From Methanothermobacter thermautotrophicus str. Delta H (GTDB taxonomy: Archaea; Methanobacteriota; Methanobacteria; Methanobacteriales; Methanothermobacteraceae), in the NCBI RefSeq assembly GCF_000008645.1, contig NC_000916.1:1560001-1592000 (forward strand): a DNA stretch of 32,000 nt, written 5' to 3'. Shown one piece after another: positions 1 to 10,003 of this stretch. The position numbers and the translations under genes are program-made. The notes beneath the pieces were generated by a model. It was not told the DNA's origin. It saw only the letters and a program-made list of their open reading frames with translations, and did no database searches. Within the stretch, counting starts at the first letter, position 1. Each line of letters starts with the position of its first letter.

Positions 1-602
1 CTGTTCTTTTCATGGCGATAATTATAATCTTCCTCCCGAACCTCCAGAGGGGTAAACGTTCAAGTGAGGCTTCAAGGGAACTTCCCTTCGCCCTCCGTCA
101 GATGGCAACCGAGCTCAAATCCGGTCTCGGGCTCCATGACAGTATGAGATCAGTTGCAATGTCAGGATACGGGGCACTCTCTGAGGAATTTGCAAGGACC
201 CTTGAGGAGATCAAGTATGGTGAGACAACGGAGAATGCACTCATTGAGATGAGTAACCGCATAGAATCTGATGGGCTTAAGAGGGCGGTTTACCAGATCA
301 CAAGGACCCTCAACAGTGGTGGGGACCTATCAAAGACCCTGAATGTTATAGCCGATGATATTGCCTATGAAATGAGGATGAAGCTCAAGGACTATTCACA
401 GAAGCTTAATTCATTCACAATGATATACATGTTCCTGGCGATTCTCGGCCCTGTGATATTCCTCGTCATGCTTCTTGCAGCCGCCACGGTCATGGGTTCA
501 GTTCTACCACCCATAGCCATAATAATGATATACCTGTTCCTTTTCCCCATGCTCGTGGGGTTCATGGCCTTCATGATAAAAAGACTTGAGCCAAAGCTCT
601 AG
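1..602 (+). CDS. Type II secretion system F-domain membrane protein (FlaJ/TadC-like assembly platform), 3' part; probably truncated by the window edge
   Basis: ORF 12..602. The frame stays open back to the window edge (gtt ctt ttc before the ATG). The translation has a soluble helical segment ([25 protein letters not shown]...) followed by C-terminal hydrophobic helices, as in T2SS-F repeats. The family call is by recognition only. Confidence 0.6.
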   Translation, partial: VLFMAIIIIFLPNLQRGKRSSEASRELPFALRQMATELKSGLGLHDSMRSVAMSGYGALSEEFARTLEEIKYGETTENALIEMSNRIESDGLKRAVYQITRTLNSGGDLSKTLNVIADDIAYEMRMKLKDYSQKLNSFTMIYMFLAILGPVIFLVMLLAAATVMGSVLPPIAIIMIYLFLFPMLVGFMAFMIKRLEPKL

Positions 603-625
603 CATCCGGTCGACAGCCACATTAA

Positions 626-671
626 TTTTTTGACAGCTTTGATGGATATCTGAGCTCTGGATCAATTTTTT
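626..671 (+). terminator. Two oligo-T runs (T6 at 626-631 and 666-671) downstream of the T2SS-F-like gene
   Basis: The sequence reads ttaattttttga and tcaattttttag. Archaeal termination commonly uses oligo-T tracts. Position is 24-70 nt after the stop at 602. Confidence 0.35.
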
Positions 672-689
672 AGAACTTTCACTTTACCG

Positions 690-695
690 AAAAAA
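690..695 (-). terminator. Oligo-T (T6 on the minus strand) downstream of cbiO
   Basis: The plus strand reads ccgaaaaaagg, so the minus strand carries ccttttttcgg about 45 nt after the cbiO stop at 741. Confidence 0.3.
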
Positions 696-740
696 GGTTC
701 TCCGGGCATTTGAAGCTTCGGATAAATTTTGCACAGCTTT

Positions 741-1676
741 TCACTGTTCCTTCAGGGCGTGGAGGAGTTCATGGTATTTCTTCTCACCAAGGAGGTGGAT
801 GAGCCTGTGCTGTTTCTCCTCGCCCAGAAAATGGAGCAGTCTGTGGTATGCATCTCCACCCAGGAGGTGGAGGAGTTCATGGTAGGTTTCCTCCACAGTC
901 AGCTTCACATCAACTTCGAAACCAGCCATCCTGAGACGGTTCAGCAGATCAGCCGTCCGTGGAAGCCTTAAACTGGCCCTCCTGATTAGTTCAGCATCCC
1001 TGAATATCTCCAGGGGGGTGCCCTCTGCAATGAGTTCGCCACTGTTAAGGACAAAGACCCTCTCTGCAAACTGACTTATTATTTCAACGTCATGGGAGGA
1101 AATCATGACCGTTATGCCCTCCCTGCTCAGTTCAAGGAGTATCCTGATTATACCATCGGCTGTCTCCGGATCCAGACCGGTCGTTGGCTCGTCAAGAACC
1201 ATGATCTCAGGCTTCATTGCAAGTATACCTGCAATGGCCACCCTCTTCTTTTCCCCTCCGCTCAGGTGGTGTGGCGCCCGGTTCTCATAGCCGCTCATAC
1301 CAACCTTTTCCAGTGATTCAGCCACCCTCTCCTCAACCTCATCCTCAGGAAGGCCGAGATTCATGGGTCCAAAGGCAACATCCTCCCTGACTGTTGGTGA
1401 GAATAGCTGGTCATCAGGGTTCTGAAAGACTATTCCTACCTTCTGCCGGATCTTGATCAGTTCATCCTTGCTGTAGTCTACCCTTTCACCATCAATTATG
1501 ACCTCACCGGCAGCTGGTTTCAGTATACCGTTTAGGTGCAGAAAAAGTGTTGATTTGCCTGCCCCGTTGGGCCCTATAACGGCAACCCTTTCACCCCTCT
1601 CCACCTTCATGTTGATACCCCTGAGGGCTGGTGTGCCGTCCGGGTAGCTGTAGCTTAAATCCCTGAGCTCGATCAT
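741..1676 (-). CDS. cbiO: ECF-type cobalt/nickel transporter ATPase (CbiO/NikO, EcfA-like) with an unusual His-repeat C-terminal tail
   Basis: Walker [13 protein letters not shown] signature LSGGEKKR and Walker B MVLDEPT are present. The ATG at 1676 ([11 protein letters not shown]) lies 4 nt after the cbiQ stop. The longer ORF to 1808 overlaps cbiQ and is rejected. Confidence 0.9.
   Translation of the reverse strand: MIELRDLSYSYPDGTPALRGINMKVERGERVAVIGPNGAGKSTLFLHLNGILKPAAGEVIIDGERVDYSKDELIKIRQKVGIVFQNPDDQLFSPTVREDVAFGPMNLGLPEDEVEERVAESLEKVGMSGYENRAPHHLSGGEKKRVAIAGILAMKPEIMVLDEPTTGLDPETADGIIRILLELSREGITVMISSHDVEIISQFAERVFVLNSGELIAEGTPLEIFRDAELIRRASLRLPRTADLLNRLRMAGFEVDVKLTVEETYHELLHLLGGDAYHRLLHFLGEEKQHRLIHLLGEKKYHELLHALKEQ
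744..890 (-). repeat. Four tandem 36-nt coding repeats (12-aa HxxxH units) at the 3' end of cbiO
   Basis: The peptide reads [12 protein letters not shown] / [12 protein letters not shown] / [12 protein letters not shown] / [13 protein letters not shown]. An exact 18-nt string, gtggaggagttcatggta, occurs at 759-776 and 867-884, which is 108 = 3x36 nt apart. Confidence 0.85.
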
Positions 1677-1680
1677 CCAA

Positions 1681-2466
1681 TCACCAGTAGCCGAGCTGGA
1701 GTATATGGAGCAGCGCGAGTATAAAGATGTTTGCGGCTGCAAAGAGGACATCCCACCTGCCAAGGGTGCTTCTTGCAGTGTACATCTGACTGTCTTGACT
1801 GTACCCACGGCTCAGCATGCTGAGGTACACCCTTTCCCCCTGCTCATATGCCCTCAGGAACATCATTGCAATGGTCTCACCCACCTTCCTGAGCCTCCAC
1901 CTATAGGATGTCCTTTTATTCCATATATCAAAGCAACGGGTCTTCTGTGCGTTCCTTATCCTCTCAAGTTCATCATAGAAGAAGAACAGGTACCTTACTG
2001 TGAGGTTGAGCAGCATTGCGAAGTCTGAGGGGACACCGATTCTCCTTGCTGAACCAACCAGTTCCTGCATTGATGTTGTTGATGATAGAAGGATCACCGC
2101 TGTCACGCTCACGGTTACCTTCCCGAGGAGCAGGGCACCGAAGATCAGTCCCTCCAGTGTCACATCCATACCCAGGGGGCCGGTCCAGATAACAGTCCCT
2201 GGCCGTATGAAGGGCTGGAAGAGTGCAATGAAACCTCCGAATGGGAGTATAAGGATTATACGCTTAAGGGCGTATGATGGTGATACATTTGATAGGAGTA
2301 CAAGCAGGAGGAGATAGGCCTCCATCAAGATCAGTGTAACCACGCTGCTGGCTGAAACAGCGAAGGCTATAATTATGAAGGTTATTATGAGTTTGATACG
2401 CCCATCAAGCCTGTGGATTGAGCTCTCCTTGAGGCTCTCCCTTTCGATGTTTATGAGGTCTTCCAT
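1681..2466 (-). CDS. cbiQ: ECF transporter transmembrane (T) component CbiQ
   Basis: A 261-aa polytopic membrane protein sitting between the N and O components. It has Arg-Gly-containing coupling-helix-like segments ([16 protein letters not shown]). The operon position is typical of CbiQ/EcfT. Confidence 0.85.
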   Translation of the reverse strand: MEDLINIERESLKESSIHRLDGRIKLIITFIIIAFAVSASSVVTLILMEAYLLLLVLLSNVSPSYALKRIILILPFGGFIALFQPFIRPGTVIWTGPLGMDVTLEGLIFGALLLGKVTVSVTAVILLSSTTSMQELVGSARRIGVPSDFAMLLNLTVRYLFFFYDELERIRNAQKTRCFDIWNKRTSYRWRLRKVGETIAMMFLRAYEQGERVYLSMLSRGYSQDSQMYTARSTLGRWDVLFAAANIFILALLHILQLGYW

Positions 2467-2499
2467 TCGACTTCACCAGAAAAAAATTAATTGGGAGGA

Positions 2500-2817
2500 T
2501 CACTCCTCTCCTCCCTCTTCACCTGCAGCTTTCCTACCCCTGAAAACTGCGCCAACACCGTAGGCTATGGCCAGTACCAGGATCGTACCGATTACCATTG
2601 AAACGACACCGCCAAAGGGACTGTCACCCAGCGCCGGGAGGGTGTAGTCTGGTAGCGGTGACTCGAGGACGGGTTCTGTTTCAGGGTTTGGCATCACCTT
2701 CTCGGCGGTGCTCTCAAGGCCGTCCGGGTTTGGTGAGGCAAGGAACGGTGCCAGCACAGCTATTATGAGGGCAATTATTATGCCGGCAGTCATGAATTTT
2801 TTGTCTCGGGCATTCAT
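2500..2817 (-). CDS. PDGLE-domain small membrane protein (N component of a CbiMNQO/NikMNQO module)
   Basis: 105 aa with two hydrophobic helices flanking a loop that carries NPDGLES and PDY. Its ATG overlaps the cbiM stop (ATGA at 2814-2817). It does not resemble canonical CbiN. Confidence 0.75.
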   Translation of the reverse strand: MNARDKKFMTAGIIIALIIAVLAPFLASPNPDGLESTAEKVMPNPETEPVLESPLPDYTLPALGDSPFGGVVSMVIGTILVLAIAYGVGAVFRGRKAAGEEGGEE

Positions 2818-3467
2818 TTTGATAACACCTCGGCACCTTTCTTTCCCCAGTCCCTCAGGGAGAAAAGATCAGGGCGGCTGCTCTGAATTGCAAGAACAAC
2901 CACGACGGTTATTGCAGCCTCTATGAGGCCTATGACTGCGTGGTAGAGTCCCATCATCCAGAGTCCCTGTACGAGGGGGAATGTTCCTGCTATCCACATC
3001 TCCACTGCACAGGCAATGGCTGCAAGGAATATTGATGCCCATGATGCCACAATCACTGCAGGTATTTCACCTGCAGATCTCAGTGCCCTGAAGAGGTAGT
3101 AACCGGTGAAACCTCCAATCACACCCATGTTGAAGATGTTTGCACCCAGTGCCGTTATTCCTCCGTCACCGAAGATGAGTCCCTGCAGTATCAGTACAAT
3201 TGAGAGAAGCAGGACAGCCGCATAGGGACTTGCAAATATTATTGCAACAAGGGCCGCTCCAACCATGTGACCGCTGGTACCCCAGGGTATCGGTATGTTC
3301 ATCGCCTGTATTGCAAATATTCCCGCTGCAAGAACAGCAAACAGTGGTATCTGCCTTTCTTTAAGATCCCTTCCAGCCCACTGCATGCTGAAGTAGAGGG
3401 CTACAAGGGCAATAAGCCAGTACACAAGGTACTGTGGGAATGGTATGAAACCATCTGGAATATGCAA
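2814..3467 (-). CDS. cbiM: ECF substrate-capture component CbiM/NikM
   Basis: The N-terminus reads M-H-I-P-D-G-F, typical of CbiM/NikM. The protein is polytopic. The start is TTG (plus-strand caa at 3465-3467), with AGGAGG (plus-strand cctcct at 3476-3481) 8 nt upstream. Confidence 0.9.
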   Translation of the reverse strand: MHIPDGFIPFPQYLVYWLIALVALYFSMQWAGRDLKERQIPLFAVLAAGIFAIQAMNIPIPWGTSGHMVGAALVAIIFASPYAAVLLLSIVLILQGLIFGDGGITALGANIFNMGVIGGFTGYYLFRALRSAGEIPAVIVASWASIFLAAIACAVEMWIAGTFPLVQGLWMMGLYHAVIGLIEAAITVVVVLAIQSSRPDLFSLRDWGKKGAEVLSK

Positions 3468-3584
3468 GCTATTCGCCTCCTTAATCTTTTTTTAATTCCA
3501 ATCACTATATCAAACATTCATATAATATAAAGGTTGAAGTGATTATTACTAATCTTCGGTTTCCCTTATATTGTGGTAATATCG

Positions 3585-3649
3585 CACCCTGAGCGGAGGG
3601 ATGACCATTGCCGGGGGTCTCAGGGTGTATAATGGTAATAATCCTCCGC
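3585..3649. promoter_or_regulatory. Interleaved inverted repeats in the cbiM/cdhA divergent intergenic region
   Basis: A perfect 9-bp inverted repeat pairs caccctgag (3585-3593) with ctcagggtg (3619-3627). A 7-bp inverted repeat pairs gcggagg (3593-3599) with cctccgc (3643-3649). The element is flanked by a direct repeat tggtaata at 3574-3581 and 3633-3640. Confidence 0.3.
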
Positions 3650-3719
3650 CTATCTGGCACATCCCCACCATTTATTAAAAAGGTCCATGTCTTTATGTGT
3701 TCAGCGACAATGCACAAAG

Positions 3720-3729
3720 TTTATATATA
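3720..3729 (+). promoter_or_regulatory. Candidate TATA box for the cdh operon
   Basis: The sequence tttatatata lies about 70 nt upstream of the cdhA start. Only its AT-rich box-like appearance supports it. Confidence 0.3.
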
Positions 3730-3796
3730 GATTCCATAAAATTAAAAACATCATTATAAATCATTAATAATTGTCAATCGGGATTTAGTAATACTG

Positions 3797-6139
3797 GTGA
3801 TAGATGTGGCGCCTGAATCAAAAAAAGCCAAAGACCTTAAAGGGGATTTCTGGGATGCCAAGAACATCCAGATATCCATAGGAGAAATAATAACTGAGGA
3901 AAAGCCTCCTGAGGAAGAGGTTAAGGGCCCTAAACCCCGTCCCCACGTGACTGACCTGAGATCATGGGACATGAAACTGCTTGAAAGGTACGAACCATTC
4001 TACGCACCATTCTGTGACATGTGCTGTCTCTGCACCTACGGTAAATGTGAACTTCTCGGGAAGAAGGGAGCATGTGGTATAGACGCAGCCACACAGCAGG
4101 CAAGGACGGTGCTGCTGGCATGTCTGATAGGGACAGCCGCCCATGCAGGACACGCAAGGCACCTGGTGGACCACCTCATAGAGAGGCTTGGAGAGGATTA
4201 TAAGATAGACCTAGGCAGCAACGTGGATATAGAGGCACCAATAACACGGACGGTGATGGGTAAGAGACCCGCCACACTCGGGGACCTGAGGGAGGTGATG
4301 GACTACGCTGAGGAACAGATGTCCCACCTCCTTTCAGCCTGTCACACGGGACAGGAGGGGGACAGCAAGGACTTTGAATCAAAGGCATTCCACGCTGGCC
4401 TCATGGATGACCTTACAAGGGAAGTTGCAGACCTGGCCCAGATAGTGGCCCTGGACCTTCCAAAGGGTGACGAGGACGCACCCCTGGTTGAACTTGGATT
4501 CGGGACCATAGATACAGAGAAACCGGTTGTTCTCTGCATAGGCCACAACGTGCTGCCAGGCGCAGACATAGTTGACTACCTTGATGAGAATGAAATGGAG
4601 GACCAGGTTGAGGTCTGCGGAATCTGCTGTGCAGCAATAGACGTGACCAGGTACAATGAGGCAGCAAAGGTTGTAGGTCCACTATCAAAACAGCTCCGCT
4701 TCATAAGAAGTGGCGTTGCAGATGTGATAGTGGTTGACGAACAGTGCGTCAGGACAGATGTACTGGAGGAGGCCCTCAAGAACAGGTCAGCGGTCATCGC
4801 CACAACAGATAAGATGTGCCTTGGACTCCCTGACATGACCGATGAGGACCCTGATAAAATCGTGAATGACCTGATAAACGGTAACATAGAGGGCGCCCTG
4901 ATACTGGACCCTGAAAAGGTGGGTGAGGTGGCTGTTAAGACTGCGATGAAACTTGCACCCATCAGGAAATCCCTCAAAAAGCTGCCAGATATTGATGAGA
5001 TAATCGAGCTGGCATCAGAGTGCACAGACTGTGGCTGGTGCCAGAGGGTCTGCCCCAACAGCCTCCCGGTCATGGACGCCGTGAAGAAGGCAGCGGATGG
5101 TGACCTCAGCAAACTTGAGGAGATGGCCATTGAGGAGCTCTGCTACACCTGTGGACGCTGCGAACAGGAATGTGAAAGGAACATACCCATAGTATCCATG
5201 GTTACAAAGGCAGGTGAGAGGCGGGTCAAGGACGAAAAATACAGGATAAGGGCTGGAAGGGGACCGGCCCAGGACGTTGAGATAAGGAGGGTCGGAGCAC
5301 CAATCGTCCTGGGGGATATACCCGGAGTGGTGGCATTTGTGGGCTGCTCAAACTACCCTGAGGGTGGAAAGGACGTCGCACTGATGGCAAAGGAGTTCCT
5401 TGAGAGGAACTACATCGTGGTAACAACAGGCTGCGGAGCAATGTCCATAGGCGAATACAGGGACGAGGACGGTCAGACGCTCTATGAAAAATATGGTGGA
5501 CAGTTCGATGCAAAGGGACTCGTCAACATGGGGTCATGCGTCTCAAATGCACACGTATCAGGAGCAGCCATAAAGATAGCCAACATATTCGCACAGAAAC
5601 CCCTTGAAGGTAACTTTGAGGAGATAGCAGACTACATACTGAACCGTGTGGGTGCCTGTGGGGTTGCCTGGGGTGCCTACTCCCAGAAGGCGGCTGCCAT
5701 AGCAACCGGTGTGAACAGATGGGGAATACCCGTCGTCCTGGGTCCGCACGGATCAAAGTATCGCAGGCTCTTCCTTGGAAGGGCAGATGATGAGGAGAAG
5801 TGGAAGCTGAAGGACCTCAGAACAGGTGAGGTTATCGATGGGGAGCCAGCACCCGAGCACCTCCTCTACGCAGCAGAGAACCGGGAGGAGGCAACGGTCA
5901 TGATAGCCAAGCTATGCATAAGGCCAACAGACACACCCAAGGGCCGTCAGATGAAACTCAGCAACTACATAGACCTTCACAGGAAATATCTTGGCACCAT
6001 CCCGGACGATATAGACAGGTTCATAAGGACCGAGAAGGACATCCCGATAGTCTACAAGAGGGATGTCATGAAGATCCTTGAGGAGAAAAACTGGAAACCC
6101 AGGGAGCTTCCAAAGGAACCCTCACTCCTGGAGAGGTGA
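3797..6139 (+). CDS. cdhA: Acetyl-CoA decarbonylase/synthase complex alpha subunit (Ni-Fe CO dehydrogenase, CdhA)
   Basis: 780 aa with an N-terminal Cys cluster ([22 protein letters not shown]) and internal ferredoxin-like motifs ([12 protein letters not shown] and [11 protein letters not shown]). It leads a cdhABC-cooC-cdhDE gene order. The start is GTG at 3797. GTG at 3806, 5 nt after GGTGAT, is an alternative. Confidence 0.92.
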   Translation: MIDVAPESKKAKDLKGDFWDAKNIQISIGEIITEEKPPEEEVKGPKPRPHVTDLRSWDMKLLERYEPFYAPFCDMCCLCTYGKCELLGKKGACGIDAATQQARTVLLACLIGTAAHAGHARHLVDHLIERLGEDYKIDLGSNVDIEAPITRTVMGKRPATLGDLREVMDYAEEQMSHLLSACHTGQEGDSKDFESKAFHAGLMDDLTREVADLAQIVALDLPKGDEDAPLVELGFGTIDTEKPVVLCIGHNVLPGADIVDYLDENEMEDQVEVCGICCAAIDVTRYNEAAKVVGPLSKQLRFIRSGVADVIVVDEQCVRTDVLEEALKNRSAVIATTDKMCLGLPDMTDEDPDKIVNDLINGNIEGALILDPEKVGEVAVKTAMKLAPIRKSLKKLPDIDEIIELASECTDCGWCQRVCPNSLPVMDAVKKAADGDLSKLEEMAIEELCYTCGRCEQECERNIPIVSMVTKAGERRVKDEKYRIRAGRGPAQDVEIRRVGAPIVLGDIPGVVAFVGCSNYPEGGKDVALMAKEFLERNYIVVTTGCGAMSIGEYRDEDGQTLYEKYGGQFDAKGLVNMGSCVSNAHVSGAAIKIANIFAQKPLEGNFEEIADYILNRVGACGVAWGAYSQKAAAIATGVNRWGIPVVLGPHGSKYRRLFLGRADDEEKWKLKDLRTGEVIDGEPAPEHLLYAAENREEATVMIAKLCIRPTDTPKGRQMKLSNYIDLHRKYLGTIPDDIDRFIRTEKDIPIVYKRDVMKILEEKNWKPRELPKEPSLLER

Positions 6140-6657
6140 TAGTCTTGAATGACAGAATAATACCATGGCAGCCCACTGTTATAGCCGGGCCAAAACAGGC
6201 AATGCTCGTAACACCCGAAACTGCGACCATGATGATAAAAAAGGCCAGGAGGCCACTTATGGTTGTAGGGCCACTCGCCAAGCGCCAGGAAGTGCTTGAA
6301 CATACGGTTAAAATCATAAGGCACTTCGATTTACCGGTGGTAGCAACGGCAGACACCTACAGGGCACTGAGTGAGGCCGGCATAGAATCAGAGCCCCACG
6401 GTATCGTGGAGATAACAAACCTCCTGAAGGACCCCTCCTGGGAGGGTATCCGCGGTGAGGGCCAGCATGACCTTGTAATATTCATAGGCTGCATATACTA
6501 CATCGCATCCCAGGGCCTATCAAGCCTCAAACACTTCGCACCACATATAAAGACACTCACAATATGCAAGACATTCCACTCAAATGCAGATGCATCATTC
6601 CCGAACATGGATGATGATGAATGGTTCAGATACCTTGAGAAGATGTATGCTGAATGA
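6136..6657 (+). CDS. cdhB: ACDS complex epsilon subunit CdhB
   Basis: 173 aa. Its GTG start overlaps the cdhA stop (GTGA). Size and position immediately after cdhA fit CdhB. Confidence 0.85.
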   Translation: MIVLNDRIIPWQPTVIAGPKQAMLVTPETATMMIKKARRPLMVVGPLAKRQEVLEHTVKIIRHFDLPVVATADTYRALSEAGIESEPHGIVEITNLLKDPSWEGIRGEGQHDLVIFIGCIYYIASQGLSSLKHFAPHIKTLTICKTFHSNADASFPNMDDDEWFRYLEKMYAE

Positions 6658-6678
6658 TCAGGATAATGGAGGAATTCA

Positions 6679-8061
6679 ATGTTTGAAGACATACCAGTCG
6701 ATGTAAGTCCCATGCATGAGGGGGAGAGGATAAGATCAGCCAACATGTTCGTTGAACTGGCAGGTCCCAAATCCATCGGAGCAGAACTGGTCCAGGTTAA
6801 GGACGAGGTCGAGGACGGAAAGGTGGAGGTCAAGGGGCCCGAGATAGATGAAATGGAACAGGGCCAGGTGTACCCCTTCGCCATAAACGTTGAGGTAGCT
6901 GGCAGTGAACTCGAGGAGGAACTTGAAAGCGTCATCGAGAGGAGGCTCCATGAGCTCTGCAACTATGTTAAGGGATTCATGCACCTCAACCAGAGGGACC
7001 AGATATGGTGTCGTGTGAGTACAGAGGCAAAGGATGCAGGTTTCAGGCTCGAACACCTCGGAAAGGCGCTCTCGGTCCTCTTCAGGGAGGAGTTCCCCAT
7101 AATCGAATCAATAGCAGTAACACTCATGACAGATGAGGCAGCGGTCCAGGAATTCCTTGAGACAGCAAGGGAGAAGTATGAGACCAGGGACTCAAGGGCA
7201 AGGGAACTTTCAGATGAGGACGTTGATGTCTTCTATGGATGTCTCATGTGTCAGTCCTTCGCACCCACACATGTATGCATAGTAACACCAGACAGGACAG
7301 CCCTCTGCGGCGCCATAAACTGGTTCGACTGCCGTGCAGCATACAAGATGGACCCTGACGGCCCGATATTCGAAATTGAAAAGGGTGAAGTCCTGGACCC
7401 TGAGAGGGGAGAATATGCAAATGTTAACGCTGCAGTAGAAGAAAATTCCCAGGGCACAACAGATAGGGTATACCTCCACAGTGTCTTCGGTTACCCACAC
7501 ACATCCTGCGGATGCTTCGAGGCAGTGGCATTCTACATACCTGAACTTGATGGTATAGGTATTGTTAACAGGGACTTCAGGGGAGAAACGCCCCTCGGGA
7601 TACCATTCTCAGCAATGGCCGGGCAGTGTTCAGGAGGAAAACAGGTTGAAGGTTTCTCAGGTCTCAGCCTTGAATACATGAGGTCACCCAAATTCCTCCA
7701 GGCAGACGGAGGATACCACAGGGTGATCTGGATGCCAAGGGAGCTCAAGGAATCTGTTCTGGAATTCATCCCGGAAGACGTCCGGGACAAGATTGCAACG
7801 GAGGAGGATGCAACATCAATAAAGGATCTCAGAAGATTCCTGAGGGATAATGAACACCCTGTCCTTGAAAGGGCGGCCGTTGAAGAAACTGAACCCGAAG
7901 AAGAGGAGGTTGAGGAGGCATACCCTGAGGAGACCCCGATTCCAGAGGGGGTCCCTGTAATGGCAGCACCTGAGATGACCCTCCCTGCAGCCGGAGGATT
8001 CAGAATAGTCCTCAAGAATGCAAAGATCTACGCTGAGAAGGTAATAATAAAGCGCAAATAA
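6679..8061 (+). CDS. cdhC: ACDS complex beta subunit CdhC (acetyl-CoA synthase, A-cluster)
   Basis: 460 aa with A-cluster-type Cys motifs (CLMCQSFAPTHVC and HTSCGCFE, including the Cys-Gly-Cys). GGAGG precedes the ATG. Confidence 0.92.
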   Translation: MFEDIPVDVSPMHEGERIRSANMFVELAGPKSIGAELVQVKDEVEDGKVEVKGPEIDEMEQGQVYPFAINVEVAGSELEEELESVIERRLHELCNYVKGFMHLNQRDQIWCRVSTEAKDAGFRLEHLGKALSVLFREEFPIIESIAVTLMTDEAAVQEFLETAREKYETRDSRARELSDEDVDVFYGCLMCQSFAPTHVCIVTPDRTALCGAINWFDCRAAYKMDPDGPIFEIEKGEVLDPERGEYANVNAAVEENSQGTTDRVYLHSVFGYPHTSCGCFEAVAFYIPELDGIGIVNRDFRGETPLGIPFSAMAGQCSGGKQVEGFSGLSLEYMRSPKFLQADGGYHRVIWMPRELKESVLEFIPEDVRDKIATEEDATSIKDLRRFLRDNEHPVLERAAVEETEPEEEEVEEAYPEETPIPEGVPVMAAPEMTLPAAGGFRIVLKNAKIYAEKVIIKRK

Positions 8062-8068
8062 ACCCCTC

Positions 8069-8827
8069 ATGAGTGGTCACGTGATAATAGCAGTAAGTGG
8101 CAAGGGCGGCACGGGAAAAACGATGTTCTCAGCTTCCCTCATAAGGGTCCTGGCATCAACGGGTGCAGATGTGCTTGCAATAGATGCTGACCCGGACTCA
8201 AACCTCCCTGAGGCCCTGGGGGTTCCGGTCAGCGGCACCGTGGGTGATGTCAGGGAACAGCTCAAGAGGGACACGGCTGCAGGCAGGATACCCCCATCGG
8301 CGAACAAGTGGGACATGCTCGACTACAGGATAATGGCCTCCATAACCGAAACCAGGGACTTTGACCTCCTTGTCATGGGCCGCCCGGAGGGAAGTGGCTG
8401 CTACTGCGCAGTCAACACCATGCTGCGAAGGATAATCGAGAACATAGCAGAGAACTATGACTACATAGTCATAGATACCGAGGCCGGCCTTGAGCACCTC
8501 AGCAGGAGGACAACCCAGAACGTTGACATAATGATAGTTGTAACCGACCCGTCAAAGAGGGGGATACTCACCGCAAGGAGGATAGTCGAACTCTCACAGG
8601 AACTTGAGATAAAATTCAAGAAGGTCTTCCTGGTCCTCAACAGGGTAAGGGAGGGGGACCTTGACAGACTGGAGCTGGATGATGGCCTTGAGGTCATAGG
8701 TGTCATACCTGAGGACCCCCTTGTCTCCAGTTACGACATGGAGGGCAGACCACTCTATGAGTTACCTGAGGATTCTGAATCATTCAGGGCCATAAAAAAG
8801 GTTGCAGAGAAGATTTTAAGTTTATAG
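8069..8827 (+). CDS. cooC: CooC-type Ni-insertion accessory ATPase (MinD/ParA family)
   Basis: Deviant Walker A GKGGTGKT at the N-terminus plus a CxC metal motif (GSGCYCAVN). It sits between cdhC and cdhD, as in methanogen cdh operons. Confidence 0.88.
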   Translation: MSGHVIIAVSGKGGTGKTMFSASLIRVLASTGADVLAIDADPDSNLPEALGVPVSGTVGDVREQLKRDTAAGRIPPSANKWDMLDYRIMASITETRDFDLLVMGRPEGSGCYCAVNTMLRRIIENIAENYDYIVIDTEAGLEHLSRRTTQNVDIMIVVTDPSKRGILTARRIVELSQELEIKFKKVFLVLNRVREGDLDRLELDDGLEVIGVIPEDPLVSSYDMEGRPLYELPEDSESFRAIKKVAEKILSL

Positions 8828-8837
8828 AGGTGTGCTT

Positions 8838-10001
8838 ATGGATAAATTAACGGAACTTCTGAAACTACTTCAGAATACGGAATCCATCGAGATAAACGAG
8901 TTCAGGATGGATGTTGAGGAACTGGAACTCTACCTGATGCCTGCAGTCCAGCAGGCCATACAGAAAACAGTTGAGGTGAGGGAGGCTGTCGAGGCACTGC
9001 CCGCGGAGGAGTTCAACCCACCCATAAGGTCATACCCCGGTGAGGTTGCCCAGGTAAAGCTTGGTGAGGGCACCCGCAAAAGTGTTTACCTTGGGGGGCA
9101 GAAGGCCCTCTACAGGTTCGAGGAGCCACAGCCAAACCCGCCGGTTGTCACATTTGACGTATTTGACATACCCATGCCTGGACTGCCGAGGCCAATAAGG
9201 GAACACTTCAGTGACGTCATGGAGGACCCGGGGGACTGGGCACGGAAGGCCGTGAAGGAATACGGCGCCAACATGGTCACAATACACCTCATAGGAACAG
9301 GCCCCAAGGTCATGGACAAATCACCCAGGGAGGCCGCAAAGGATATCGAGGAGGTCCTCCAGGCAGTGGACGTCCCACTGGTGATAGGGGGATCCGGGGA
9401 CCCTGAAAAGGACCCCCTGGTCCTTGAAAAGGCTGCAGAGGCAGCTGAAGGTGAAAGGTGCCTCCTTGCATCTGCCAACCTTGACCTGGACTACAGGAAG
9501 GTTGCAAGGGCAGCCCTTGACCACAACCATGCGGTCCTCTCATGGGCCATCACAGACGTCAACATGCAGAAGACCCTCAACCGTTACCTGCTTAAGGAGG
9601 GACTTAAACGTGAGGACATCGTCATGGACCCAACAACATGTGCCCTGGGTTACGGTATAGAATTCTCAATAGACGTCATCACAAGGACCCGGCTGGCAGC
9701 CCTCAAGGGGGATTCTGATCTCCAGATGCCAATGTCCTCAGGTACCACAAACGCCTGGGGTTCAAGGGAGGCCTGGATGAAGAAGGATGAATGGGGACCC
9801 ACAGATTACAGGGGGCCCCTCTGGGAAATCGTAACCGGACTTACCATGATGCTCTCAGGTGTGGACATATTCATGATGCTACACCCCACCTCAGTCAGAC
9901 TGCTGCGGGAGATAGGTGAAACCTTCACAAGGGAGTACATGACAGCTGAAACACCTGACCTGAGGGAATGGATAACTGAACTTGACTACCAGGAGGTTTA
10001 A
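8838..10001 (+). CDS. cdhD: ACDS complex delta subunit CdhD (corrinoid Fe-S protein small subunit)
   Basis: Position and size fit CdhD and the protein has no Cys-cluster N-terminus. The ATG at 8838 is 7 nt after GAGGTG. The ORF track starts at GTG 8832. Confidence 0.85.
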   Translation: MDKLTELLKLLQNTESIEINEFRMDVEELELYLMPAVQQAIQKTVEVREAVEALPAEEFNPPIRSYPGEVAQVKLGEGTRKSVYLGGQKALYRFEEPQPNPPVVTFDVFDIPMPGLPRPIREHFSDVMEDPGDWARKAVKEYGANMVTIHLIGTGPKVMDKSPREAAKDIEEVLQAVDVPLVIGGSGDPEKDPLVLEKAAEAAEGERCLLASANLDLDYRKVARAALDHNHAVLSWAITDVNMQKTLNRYLLKEGLKREDIVMDPTTCALGYGIEFSIDVITRTRLAALKGDSDLQMPMSSGTTNAWGSREAWMKKDEWGPTDYRGPLWEIVTGLTMMLSGVDIFMMLHPTSVRLLREIGETFTREYMTAETPDLREWITELDYQEV

Positions 10002-10003
10002 AA

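Noticed and set aside
729-971. An 80-aa plus-strand ORF with its own internal repeats (EEFMVFLL ... EEFMVGFL).
   Set aside because: It is the antisense image of the cbiO C-terminal 36-nt repeats. The repeat structure is explained by the minus-strand gene.
1677-1808. The N-terminal extension of the cbiO ORF ([12 protein letters not shown]...) and the analogous extension of the porF ORF (28678..28803).
   Set aside because: Both extensions overlap the 3' ends of the upstream genes (cbiQ, porE) in another frame. Both lack family similarity. In each case an internal ATG placed just after the upstream stop begins the conserved domain.
3500-3544. A 7-bp inverted repeat, aatcact/agtgatt, bracketing the TATA-like cbiM promoter box.
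   Set aside because: A single 7-bp inverted repeat within about 45 nt is near chance expectation in a 330-bp AT-rich spacer. It is not strong enough to call an operator on its own.
3560-3660. A possible cobalamin riboswitch in a cbiM leader, suggested by GAGACCCCCGGC (B12-box-like) and AAGGGAA strings on the minus strand.
   Set aside because: The order is wrong: the B12-box-like string precedes the GGGAA element. Other conserved cobalamin-riboswitch segments are absent. I kept it only as an unclassified structured element.
3505-3717. A 70-aa ORF on the minus strand inside the cbiM/cdhA intergenic region.
   Set aside because: It has no RBS and no recognisable motif. It spans the AT-rich promoter-like sequence and the inverted-repeat element. 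It is more likely non-coding regulatory DNA.
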